A DNA stretch of 64,000 nt from Octopus sinensis (Eukaryota): assembly GCF_006345805.1 (NCBI RefSeq), contig NC_043000.1, positions 27,962,001 to 28,026,000 on the forward strand. The letters are read 5' to 3'. Under the pieces are notes generated by a model, which saw only the letters and a list, made by a program, of their open reading frames with translations, made no database searches and was not told where the DNA came from. The first letter of the stretch is position 1, and the number at the start of each line of letters is the position of its first letter. Positions 53,136-64,000 of the stretch are shown here, piece by piece. Position numbers and translations under genes: made by a program.

Positions 53136-53366
53136 ATACCTATTTCTTTACTACCCACAAGGAGCTACACACAGAGGAGACAAACAAGGACAGACAGACG
53201 GATTAAGTCGATTATAGCGACCCCAGTGCGTAACTGGTACTTAATTTATCGACCTCGAAATGATGAAAAGCAAAGTCGACCTCGGCGGAATTTGAACTCA
53301 GAACGTAACGACAGACGAAATATTGCTGAGCATTTCGTTCGGCGTGCTAACGATTCTGCCAGCTCG
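53136..53366 (-). mobile_element. Family A SINE
   Basis: Head plus one full internal unit. Confidence 0.88.
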
Positions 53367-53586
53367 GGCAACGACGGTACCTCTACTAGTATGAAATAAT
53401 GTGAAAATTTAGAAATGTTGTCTTGTTCAGGAAACCTATATACAGCCTAATAGTGTTCCCGCTGCATTTCCGCAATCAATGTTTGAACCCTTCTGTTCAA
53501 ATAAACTGTTTTTACTTTGATCAATTATGAAAATAATAAAGAATTTGATGAAATAACTTTTTCATTATTAAGTTGGTTGTTATTAA

Positions 53587-54165
53587 GGCGGCGAGCTGGC
53601 AGAAACGTTAGCACGCCGGGCGAAATGCTTAGCGACATTTCGTCGGCCATTACGTTCTGAGTTCAAATTCCGCCGAGGTCGACTTTGCCTTTCATCCTTT
53701 CGGGGTCGATAAATTAAGTACCAGTTACGTACTGGAGTCGATATAATCGACTTAATACCTATGTCTGTCCTTGTTTGTCCCCTCTGTGTTTAGCCCCTTG
53801 TGGGTAGTAAAGAAATAGGTATTTCGCCCGTCGATCCGTTTTGGCTTCCAATTCTGCCGCGCTCGACTTTGCCTTTCGTCCTTTTAGAGTCTATAAAATA
53901 AGTACCAGTTACACACTTGGGTCGATATAATCGACTCAATCCTTTTGTCTGTCCTTGTTTGTCCTCTCTGTATTTAGCCCCTGTGGGTAGTAAAGAAATA
54001 GGTATTTCGCCCGTCGATCCGTTTTGGCTTCAAATTCCGCCGTGCTCAACTTTGTCTTTCATTCTTTCAGAGTCGATAAAATAAGTACCAGTTGAATACT
54101 GAGGTCGATGTAATCGACTCATCCACTCCTTAAAATTGCTGCCCTTGTGGCAAAATTTGAAACCA
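53587..54165 (+). mobile_element. Family A SINE, three internal units (183-bp period)
   Basis: Head at 53587; units restart at ggtatttcg 53818 and 54001; tail cccttgtggcaaaatttgaaacc. Confidence 0.9.
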
Positions 54166-54773
54166 TTATCAAGTTGGTTATTGGAACATGACTAACATGA
54201 GGTTTCACCGACAAGTTATAATTCAGTTTACTTTAAAAGAGGGAGCTGGTATGATTCAACCGGTGGTGGTCTTCGGCTGGTATCAAGTGGATTAAACCAG
54301 TAACAGAATAAGCGAATAAAAATTCGAGGGAGGTGAAAGGGGTCGGTTTGGGATTATATACAACAATATGAAGCGTATTTTCTGTAGTTTAATAGCCTGT
54401 TTAATAGCCGTGGTCGTATAGCAACATTGAAATAATACTTAAAACGGGAAAAGAAGTTGCCTTTGTTTATCACAATGAGTAACGAGTGAAAGAAACAGTA
54501 TGCAATGCTCATTATTATAGATAGGTCATTAAGTTCGTTCCCGAAATATCACTGACATTTCCTTCATAGTACACGTAACAAAGAATGCTTTAACTAATGC
54601 ATTAAGAACGCACGCGGGCACTTAAAATAGAAAGCAATGAGGATATGTAGAAACAAGACAAAGTAGATTGCGTTACAAGTTGAATGGAACACAATAAGTG
54701 ATGTGCCAAGAATGAAACGCAATATCAATTAAACTATCATACTATAAGACTTTAAATACAACTTTAAAATCAT

Positions 54774-54806
<33 letters not shown>

Positions 54807-54809
54807 ACG

Positions 54810-54841
<32 letters not shown>

Positions 54842-54854
54842 CAGATACATACAC

Positions 54855-54891
<37 letters not shown>

Positions 54892-55010
54892 CATGTATAT
54901 ATATATACATATATATATATACATATATATACATATATATATATATAAATATACATATGCATATATATATATATATATATACATACATACATGCATATAT
55001 ATATATATGC

Positions 55011-55066
<56 letters not shown>

Positions 55067-55093
55067 ATATATATATATATATATATATATATA
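54774..55093. repeat. (TA)n/(CA)n compound microsatellite, representative of dozens in the window
   Basis: Directly visible. Confidence 0.97.
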
Positions 55094-55389
55094 ATGATTC
55101 CTTTTAACTATTCATAAGTACTATTTTATGTAACATTTCTGCTTTTATCTTGCACTTATTTAGATTCGTAAATGTAGGAAACATATTTATTTTTAGTATA
55201 GATATTTAATTGCTGTGCCCCAGCATAGCCACAGCTCTCAGCTGAAGCTAGTTAAAGAGTTAAATAGCTTATACATTATTTCAAATTTGGGTAGAGTGTA
55301 CAGTCAGTCAAGATCAACATTAGATCCTAACTGGTATGCATGGTGGGATGAAAGTCGAAGTAAAATTATATCGTTTTGAAATAAACATG

Positions 55390-55758
55390 TAACAAGAGCA
55401 CTAAGAGAGCACAAACTTCCGCCAAGGCCACACCAACGTCCTCTCAACGATTAGCCAGAGATAGTTTTTAAAATGAGGATATCTGAAATAAACTCGACTG
55501 CTCTCACAAGCGAGCATACTAAAAATGAACCCGACCGCTCTCAAAATTTAAGTAAAATAAAGAGGAAAAGTAATGCAGAATCCTTGTCCGGTACCGGATC
55601 TGTTCCAAAATCTAATCGATTCGTGCCAGTTACAAGGCCAAACATCTCTGAAAGTTTCATTCAAATCCAAACGGCGGTTCTTGAGATATCGTGTCCACGG
55701 ACAAACAAACAAACAATACTGAAAACAATACTTCCGCCTTCGCTATGGCGGCGGTAAT
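55390..55758. mobile_element. HINE/DINE-like element, fuller copy
   Basis: Homologous to 7316-7621; terminal hairpin ccgcc-ttcgctat-ggcgg. Confidence 0.55.
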
Positions 55759-56214
55759 AATGCGTAAAAACCGAGTCACATTTTGCCCCACCCCATTACC
55801 TGCTGCCAATTGTCCCGTTCTCCAGCTTTAGTATCCTATGTTCTGCAACTTCTTCCAGTCTACAGTCATTTTATCCGACTTTCTGACTGTTTTTGCAGAT
55901 CCAACTCTATGAATTTTAAGGGTATATTAACTGAATATAAAACGGGAAAAATAAAGTGATTAATTACAATGTTATTATACTCTCTGCTTATACTCAAATT
56001 TTTAGCACCTTTTCAATCTCGCGAAATAAGTAGCTTGAGGGTGTAGAGGTCAGGCTGTTTCTACTCTCCAATTTCAAGTTTCAAGAAAGAGTAAACTCCT
56101 TAAATCCTTAAAAATGATTCAGCCCGAAAGCTGCGACCATGCTGGGGCACGACCGTTGAATGTGCTACACTAATGTGTGAAACCACCTCTGATACGTGAC
56201 TCTTGGTCAACAAG

Positions 56215-56765
56215 GGAGTTCGACGTTGCGGCCCGCATCTGTGTTTCCTGGGTGATGTTGGGATTTTTGGCATCATGCAGTGGCTGTTGGAGAAACTTTC
56301 AATGCCAAAATTCGGGACAAGGCCCTCCAGGATTTTCCAGATGTATATCGCTCCAGGGAAAAGAGTTTTAATACTTTCAGTCTTTCCCAATAGCTGATAT
56401 GATGCATTGAGACGATCTTCTTAGTGTAGCTTCGTTGGATTGCTTCGAGTTCTGCTATTAACTTTATATTGTGTGGTGACCATAGTTGGTAGCACTAGCC
56501 TAAGCGGCTGAGGACGAATATCTTCCAAAGGACCATCAGTGTCTCCTACTCTCTAGTTCTGAAAGTTCGGGGGGTCCATCCAGCTAGCCGTCTGCATTTT
56601 ATTACCAAATTTGCAATATGCACTTCGAAAAATGCATCATTGCTCATGTCAATGCCCAGGTCACGCACTGATTTTGATTCAGGAATTGCAATTCTTCCCG
56701 GGCCAATGCATCCGGTCTGCATGTTGTTCAGCTTTGTGTGCCGGTAGCGCAGGACTTGGATGAAA
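56215..56765 (-). pseudogene. CR1-group LINE RT C-terminal fragment
   Basis: Reverse strand SVRDLGIDMSND..FEVHI....KCRRLAGW..RTF.TR*..LWKIFVLSRL..C.QLWSPH....ELEAIQRSYTK, later IYIWKILEGLVPN. Confidence 0.85.
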
Positions 56766-57522
56766 TCCAAGATAAAGGTACCATAAACTTACCCTAACAA
56801 AGAAACGATAGTTTGTGTCTTTCCAATCCATTAAGACATGAAATCAAGGGTTCTCTATAGAATTAAGTCAAGGATCAAGGGACCATAAAAAGCGAGTAAA
56901 CGAAATGGCGAAGTATATTGATAAGGAATCAGAGATATCTATAAAGTGAAGATGAAAACAGAAATAATTATAATAATCGTTAACCTGAAAATTAGTTTTA
57001 AAACATCCAGATAAATACATAACCCGTAGGCATTGGTAGTAGATTACATAGAGTAATTTTAATGAAATACAAAAGAGTAAAAGAAAACATAACAATGCAG
57101 GGAGTTAACGCATATAAAACTGCGTTCAGTTATGTTGTAATAAAATGCAGAATAGCAGGGAAAGATCATAGTCCTTTCTACTATAGGCACAAGGCCTGAA
57201 ATATCGAGCCCAGTGCATCGATTTCGAAAGGATGAAAAGCAAAGTGAACTTCGATGGGATTTCAACCCAGAACGCAAAGGCAGACGAAAGGTTGATAATC
57301 ATTTTGTCCGTTGCGGTAATAATTCTGCTATTTCGCTGCCTTACTGGAAATGATAATAAATTGTAAAACAAAAAATTAAATGACTATCAATGTGGACATT
57401 CAACAAGAAGACACCGTTACTAGATTGTTTTGAAAAATATTGATTATATAGTGAAATATGAATGCTGAAAATCAAAGTCAAAGAAGGGGGGAAATGTTCA
57501 AAAATACCTGTTGCTTCACTTC

Positions 57523-57582
57523 TAGTAGTAGTAGTAGTAGTAGTAGTAGTATAGTAGTAGTAGTAGTAGTAGTAGTAGTAGC

Positions 57583-57618
<36 letters not shown>
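57523..57618. repeat. (TAG)n microsatellite
   Basis: Directly visible. Confidence 0.97.
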
Positions 57619-57619
<1 letters not shown>

Positions 57620-57839
57620 ATGTAGTGGAAATAATCGCAGTAATGGTCGATTACACAGTACCTAAAACCATACTAATCGATTACAAGTTATATCATAACC
57701 GGAAAGCTTGTGTGAACTACACGAAAACATTTCAAACAGTATTCGGTTCTAGGCTGGAAGAGCAATATGCGCTCTAAATCTGGTGGATTTGATAAATGGG
57801 GAGTAGACCACATTGTCACGTGTAGCTTCAGAAATATAT

Positions 57840-58258
57840 GGGTTTCAAATTTTGTTCCAAGGCTAACAATTTGAGGGGAGGGAATAAATCAATTACATCG
57901 ACCCCACAGAGTCAAATCTATTGAAAAGGTTGCAAGACGCAACGAAAATTTTAGCAGAATAAAAATAAGAAAAAAGTGGAAATTTTACCAGTGAGTGTGT
58001 TATATTATAAGGCAATAAAAGAGAATGACTCTCCCCAGACACAACAGAATATGCTTTAACACACGTACTCATATAATGAACCTTGCAAACCAAATCCAAA
58101 AATCGACCCGACTGCTCAAGAGATGCTTATTTTATTGAACTTGAAAGTATGAAGGCCAAGTTGGCCTCGGTGGAATTTAAACTTAGAAGGTACAGATGGA
58201 CAAAATGGCGCTAAGCATTTTGCCCGGACCCGAAACGATTCTGCCAGCTCGCTGCCTT
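57840..58258 (-). mobile_element. Family A SINE split by a ~197-bp insertion
   Basis: SINE tail 57840-57904 and body/head 58102-58258; atcgaccc duplicated at 57897 and 58102. Confidence 0.7.
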
Positions 58259-58499
58259 AAGTTTCAGAAATATAATGGAAATTAAACGTCACCAGCAAAC
58301 GAGAAAAATAGAGTCATTAAAAGTAGATGTTGGACAGTGAAAGTTTAAATACGGACTCTATTATTTAAGATAACAAGAGCATGAATAATCAGAGGAGCCA
58401 ATATCCTCTCAAGAATAGCTTAGACAACAAAAATGAGATATCTTCATCACTTGAGTAAATTATAAATTTTAAATACGTCTATTTGAAATATTTGCCAAT

Positions 58500-59950
58500 G
58501 CTGGGAAATAATTATTTGTGACGGACTGAAGAGCCACAGCATCACGGGGACAACTTTGTGGAAAATCATTTTAATCCCATCAAGACATAACAATCAACAA
58601 GCCCTGTAGCTTTTCTAAGTGCAACTCGCATATTTAACAGCTATAATGTCTCACTGACTTCCTGATGAACTGAAATGATGATGCGAAGATTGATATGGTT
58701 GTAAAATGCAATTATTGCTCGATAAAGCTTTAACCGAAGAATATAGAAGACCGAATGGTTTCGAAAATGATATAGATTGATTCCCGGAATGCTTTTCACT
58801 GTCCCCATAACATATATTTTGCTTGAGTAAAGCAGTGGAAGTAATGAACACTTATGTAAGACATGCTATGAGTAAGTGGCAACGAATTCTCAACAAATAC
58901 AGATAAAACGGTTAATTAAAAAAAGCATTTCAATCTCTATTAGAAAAATATTATTTCCGAAACATTCCATTATCATAACTTCTTTCAGGCGATAACTCTT
59001 TAATCAACAGGCTACAACAGTAGCTGTATTTTTAGACCGGGTTACAACTGATAATCGATCGACTGTGTATGTGAATGACATCAGGGTTGTACACACTGAA
59101 GGTGATCAAAAACTGCAAACCCTGTCGCAAACGGCATTTACCAAAGGAATTAATGTGAAATTGGCTTTGAAAAATTGATTTTGACACCGTTCAAAAGGGA
59201 AAAATTATATAAGTAGTGCCATATTAGGTAAATAAAAAGAAACGAGAGCATCAGACGAAGCGTATACATGCATACGCTTAATAATTAACATTCAGATTGG
59301 GTACAGCACCTATACGTAAAAAATGCTAAGCTAGAATATTACAGAGGCGTGAACGTAATGCTTAAAGACATTAGTTAATTCAACAAAAGAAAAAGATCAG
59401 GTAATTGGTATGGATATTCTAGTGGATGCACATGGCCTAGTGGTTAGAGCAGCGGACTCGCGGTCGAAGGATCGCGGGTTCGAATCTCAGACCGGGTGAT
59501 GTGTGCGCTTATGAGCGAGACACCTAAGCTTCATGCGGCTCCGGCAGAAGGTAATGGCGAACTTCTGCTGACTCTTTCGCCACAACTTTCTCTCACTCTT
59601 TCCTCCTGCATCTTGCGACTCACCGGCGACGGACCGGCGTCCCCTCCAGGTGGGGAACCTATACGCCAGAGAAACCGGGAAATCGGCCCTAATGAGTCAG
59701 GCATGGCTCGAGAAGGAACAAACAATATTCTAGCTGTTCAATTATTAAGTTATTGTTAATTGATTTTCAACTGGTCGCTAAATGAAGTAGCAAATTTAGT
59801 TGGAATGATAAGAAAATTAAGGACTGCTCTACAATATATATTGCATACTCGTTTCACCCGCGAATAGTTAAGGAGGAAGACGAAAAATTGGACGAATACA
59901 ATCATCTTAAATACGAGACAGCTTCACTGTGGAAGACGAAAAAAGGTGAA
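58500..59950 (+). pseudogene. Highly decayed R4/Dong-type reverse transcriptase remnant, interrupted by a SINE
   Basis: Ordered, frameshifted motif remnants: NAFHCPH (cf. KAFDSVPH), ttcaggcgat (FQGD), YVNDI (YMDD), EIGFEK (EFGLEKC), NILAVQLLSY..FNW..SFHPR. Confidence 0.5.
59423..59724 (+). mobile_element. SINE family C (V-domain-like), full length with 9-bp TSD
   Basis: TSD atattctag at 59414 and 59725; A box tggcctagtgg, B box gggttcgaatct. Confidence 0.88.
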
Positions 59951-60195
59951 GAAAATGCCAATAATGTTTGTGGATTTGTGGACAGTATCAAAAGGTATCG
60001 AGAAGAATAAAAATAAAATAAATTGGCACAGAGTGTCCAGTAAAGCTGTTTCAAAATGTTTGTCTCCCTAGAATGGTCAAAATCATCAGGAAAACATTAG
60101 ATAGTTGAAAACAACAGCTAGCATGGTACCAATAGCTTGCAAGTAGCAAGCTTGCTATTCATGCAAGACTCCGGGAATTTCAGCAAAACTCGATT

Positions 60196-60237
<42 letters not shown>

Positions 60238-60419
60238 TTTTTAATCTTTAATATTTATTTATTTACTAACTTTCAAATACATATTTTGTCTGTGAATTTG
60301 CGTGTGTAATCTGGGAATGCATACAATGAGCTTCTCTGCCCTAGGTGTATAGAAAACACTCGGCGAGAAACGGAAGAAAATTTGAAGAAAGAAGAAAAAG
60401 ACATAACAATAATAAGCCC

Positions 60420-61000
60420 AGAAGGAATATAAGAGATGTCACGACAATATAGCCAGGCTTGTCCATTGGACGCTTTGCAACAAGTATGGCCTTGACAGAG
60501 CAAAAACTTGGTATGACCACAAAACTGAAGGCATCGTCGAAAATATAAACGCAAAGATCCTATGGGATTTTAAGATTCAGCGCGACCATGCGATAGAGAA
60601 TAGGAAGCCAGACATAGTGTTAATTGAGAAAGAAAACAATCTATGCTGGATCATTGACATAGCATGCCCAGCAGACAACGAAGTATGCGATGAGGAAGAA
60701 AGAAAAACCGAGAGATATAACAGATTAGCTTGGGAAGTTAAGAAGTTGTGGTTGATGAAAAAGGTAGCAGTAGTACCAATAATTGTCGGAGCACTGGGAA
60801 CAGTGAGGAAAAACCTCGAGAAGTACGTGGAACAAACAGGGGCTGCAATAAGGGTGGAGCGCTTGCAGAAAACAGCACTGCTTGGAAATGCTCGAATAGT
60901 GCGGAAGGTGCTAAAAATAAGAGGTGTTACCTTAGTTGACTGGTAATGCAAAGCTGACACTGTAGTACATCTCCAGTGTTAGGAGCTGTGCAAACGTAAT
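60420..61000 (+). pseudogene. R4/Dong-type LINE 3' fragment with open RLE domain, followed by (CAA)/(TAA)n
   Basis: RHDNIARLVHWTLC..WYDHK..ILWDFKIQ.D..IENRKPDIVLI..IIDIACP..K..RY..L..VPIIVGALG..LQKTALLG..RIVRKVL; stop at 60946. Confidence 0.92.
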
Positions 61001-61056
61001 AAAAACAACAACAACAACAGCAACAATAATGATGATAATAATAATAATAATAATAA

Positions 61057-61141
61057 CCAATGTATACTATGAGTTTCTTTGCCCTAGGAGTCGGGAAGAC
61101 ACTCGGCAAGAAATGGAAGCAAATTTGAAAGAAAAAAAAAA

Positions 61142-61142
<1 letters not shown>
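61057..61142 (+). mobile_element. Isolated Dong-type 3' UTR stub in (TAA)n; another at ~60320-60405
   Basis: Reverse complement of 30425-30509, the 3' UTR of the 30602 element. Confidence 0.8.
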
Positions 61143-61207
<65 letters not shown>

Positions 61208-61270
61208 TTATAATAATAATAATATAATAATAATAATAACAACAACAATAACAATAACAACAACAACAAC

Positions 61271-61306
<36 letters not shown>

Positions 61307-63041
61307 TAATAATAATAATAATTCCTAAACAAATGTCCTGGTATACCAAAACCTTGTGGACAATTACTTTCACCAATGTACTTCCTTTGACAATCCAGGT
61401 ATTACAAGTCTGTGTCTAGTGTTTGATCTTCAAGATAACTTCCTTTTTATAGAAGAACAAATATCACAAATACAAAACTTAACATTTTAAGCGAAAGAAT
61501 TTATTATTTCACAGCGAACATAGATTCTTTAATACCTAATCTTGCGGTATTGCATTTATAATTGGTGGAGAATTTCTTCAAAACATTACAATGAGAAGAA
61601 CAGAATAACTGAACTGAAATCTGAAGATGGCCGTTTATAACCATGGATATGGCAAAGTGTAAGAAAGTAGTTACAAAAATTACGATTAAGTTAACTGGAA
61701 TGAGAATACAGAAATAAGATGGACGGAAGAAGGGAAGAAAGAGACGAATCTCAAGTATAATAGAAACTATGTTAACAGCGCATCAAATGTTCCATATAAA
61801 TAGCAATATAGTTTTTAACACATCTACATAAGAGATTAAGCAATTGCCGCCAACTTTATGTGTCTGAAATCTTAGAATGAGATCTGGCTTTAAGAATCGC
61901 TTTGAAATTTCTATAATGTTATCAAATTAATTACCTGCTCCAAGTGAGAAAATGGTATTATTTTATCTCTCTGTTGACGCGGCATGCAATTGTTAAACTG
62001 AGACAGACAGCTTTTCAGCCTTTTCTTATCATTGCCGCTGAAGTTCGAAATATTCAACCATAAAATCTAAACATGTGCCTGCATTGGTGAAGAATTCCGG
62101 TGTAATAAAATATTTGACTTGTAACGGCTTACTGAAGATGTTTCTACACAACCCCCATGTTCTGTTTTCTTCTTTCTTTCTTTCTTTTTTTCCTTTTTCT
62201 TTTCTTCAGATAAATAATCAGCAAATAACAGTAAAATGTATCTGGCCGCCATGTTTGGTGGCGGGGCGACATTCGTACTGACCAGGACAACGTTGACGTA
62301 TTGCATTTTTATTCTAAAACTATAACTGAAATAATGCAATAAAGTTCTTGATAAACGCTGGTTTTCATCAATGGATATTGTAGCACGACCTTTCTGCTGC
62401 TTTGGTACACAATAACTCCTGTTATACGTTATACTAAAGTCTAAATGTATAGGTTTCTTTTTTTCACTTATTCAGTTATATTTCGTCTTATTTTTCTTTT
62501 CTTATATCTTGTATTTTTTTCTGTACTTTTTCCATGTTCGTTGTGCTGTGAGGCGAATCAACACCTCCTAGTGACCTCTTGACACCAGCCGGATATTAGA
62601 AAGTGTTGACGTGATACACAGCTTCTGTAATTTTAATCCGGCGTTTTGCCTTTATTGGAAAGCTGAACCAATGGAATACATCTGCAGAACTTCTATAGAC
62701 ACAACTTCCACAAATAGATTCCTCATATTGATTGTTGTCGCAAATAACATTCGATCCTGTATTCTTCCACTGATCCATTGAACAAACAAATTAGTAAGAT
62801 TTTAGCTATTTGTATAAACACCATCACCATGATCGCAATGTCCAGTCCGATCACCACTACTATCCACCGACATAATCAACAACCCCACCACCACCATCAC
62901 AAACAACACCCCAGCCCCGTCATCACTAAAACCGCCATTACAGACACCATCATCAACACTACCTCCGTGACCGCAAACACCACTACCACAACCATCACCG
63001 CTAACACTTCAACACGATTAGAATCCAACCCAAAACCATCC

Positions 63042-63120
<79 letters not shown>

Positions 63121-63169
63121 GTTCAACCAAAAACGAACTCCGATAAAACTGGTGGTGGTCTGTATTTTG

Positions 63170-63605
63170 AATGTGTGTGTCTGTGTCTTTGTTTGTCTCC
63201 AACTACAGCTTCACAACCGGTATTGGTGTGTTTACGTCCCCATAAGTTAGAGATCAATGGAATAAATACGACGCAAGGCGGTGAGCTGGCAGAAACATTA
63301 GCACACCGGGTGAAATGCTTATCAGTATTTCGTCTGTCTTTAGGTACTGAGTTCATATTCCGCCGAGGTCGACATTGCTTTTCAACCTTTCGAAATCGAT
63401 GAATTAAGTACCACTTGCGTACAGGAGTCGATCTAATCGAGTGACCCCTTTCCCCAAAATTTCTGGCCTTGTGCCTAGAGTAGAAAAGAATAACTACCAC
63501 GCTTAAAGGAGTAAGAATTGGGGCCAATTCGTTCGACTAAAGAATTCTTGAAGGTGGTGCACCAGCATGGCCGCAGTCTAAAGTGTGAAACATATGAAGG
63601 AGAAA
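63170..63605 (+). mobile_element. Family B SINE 3' half with a nested family A SINE (63277-63490)
   Basis: B body before and B tail after; imperfect TSD aataaatacgacgc / aataactaccacgc around the A copy. Confidence 0.75.
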
Positions 63606-63950
63606 AGATATGCTCTGTATGTCATACCTAGTAATACGACAAAATATAGCTGAGTGTTTCCCACATGATAACCTAACGTGAGTTGTAACGCATACAGTAG
63701 TAGACGTATATCTAATTGTACATACAAGAAAGAGAGACAGACAGAGACACGGAGTCAGAGATAGAGAAGATCTTGAGTTTGGATAAATTTTTATTCTGTG
63801 GCAAGGGGGCGGTGGAATTGAACATTCTGTGTCTGAAATGAAACAATATTTTTAAAAAGTTTTGTCAGTTTGAAAAAAATTAAAATTTCTTTCAGACATC
63901 AGATAGCACTTCCCATCATGTCTCATACGAACATATCCAAATTCCAACTA

Positions 63951-64000
63951 AGGCAGCGAGATGGCAGAAATGTTAGCACGCAGGGCGAAATGCTTAGCGG
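63951..64000 (+). mobile_element. Family A SINE head, runs off the window
   Basis: ggcagcgagatggcagaaatgttagcacgc. Confidence 0.8.

Noticed and set aside
59423-59495. tRNA-like sequence with A and B boxes (also 24021, 31770-31840, 18060-18129)
   Set aside because: SINE heads: no acceptor stem, and each continues into a SINE body, with TSDs in two cases.
61580-61850. Possible further Dong RT remnant (MLTAHQMFHINSNI)
   Set aside because: A single weak motif, insufficient without a profile search.
62596-62778. Non-repetitive 60-aa ORF as a possible host exon
   Set aside because: No recognisable domain, no convincing splice signals and no partner exons.

Overview
AT-rich, microsatellite-saturated animal genomic DNA. 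I can support no host protein-coding exon, rRNA, true tRNA or CRISPR array. The SINE families and repeat landscape resemble an Octopus (coleoid cephalopod) genome; this is recognition from memory, not a database hit. Almost all listed ORFs are translations of (TA)n/(CA)n/(TTA)n/(AAG)n runs or of SINE antisense strands. The interpretable content is transposon debris. It includes several modular tRNA-derived SINE families, and Penelope-like element (PLE) GIY-YIG remnants with many short PLE-LTR-like pieces that carry type I hammerhead ribozyme (HHR) motifs, sit in (TA)n and often fold back on themselves. There are also R4/Dong-type restriction-like-endonuclease LINE fragments clustered in (TAA)n, RTE and CR1-type LINE fragments, three internally deleted mariners, a permuted Chapaev3-like transposase piece and Helitron/Helentron-like elements. 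Highlights: (1) a PLE 3' region with five fixed-spacing CCAAT+CRE modules, a TATA box, a Kozak ATG and a splice donor; (2) a recurrent HHR/fold-back architecture across several families; (3) an inverted SINE pair 2.8 kb apart sharing private variants and a non-SINE flank; (4) one SINE head joined to three different tails; (5) the circularly permuted transposase fragment. Coordinates were read by eye and may be off by a few bases.
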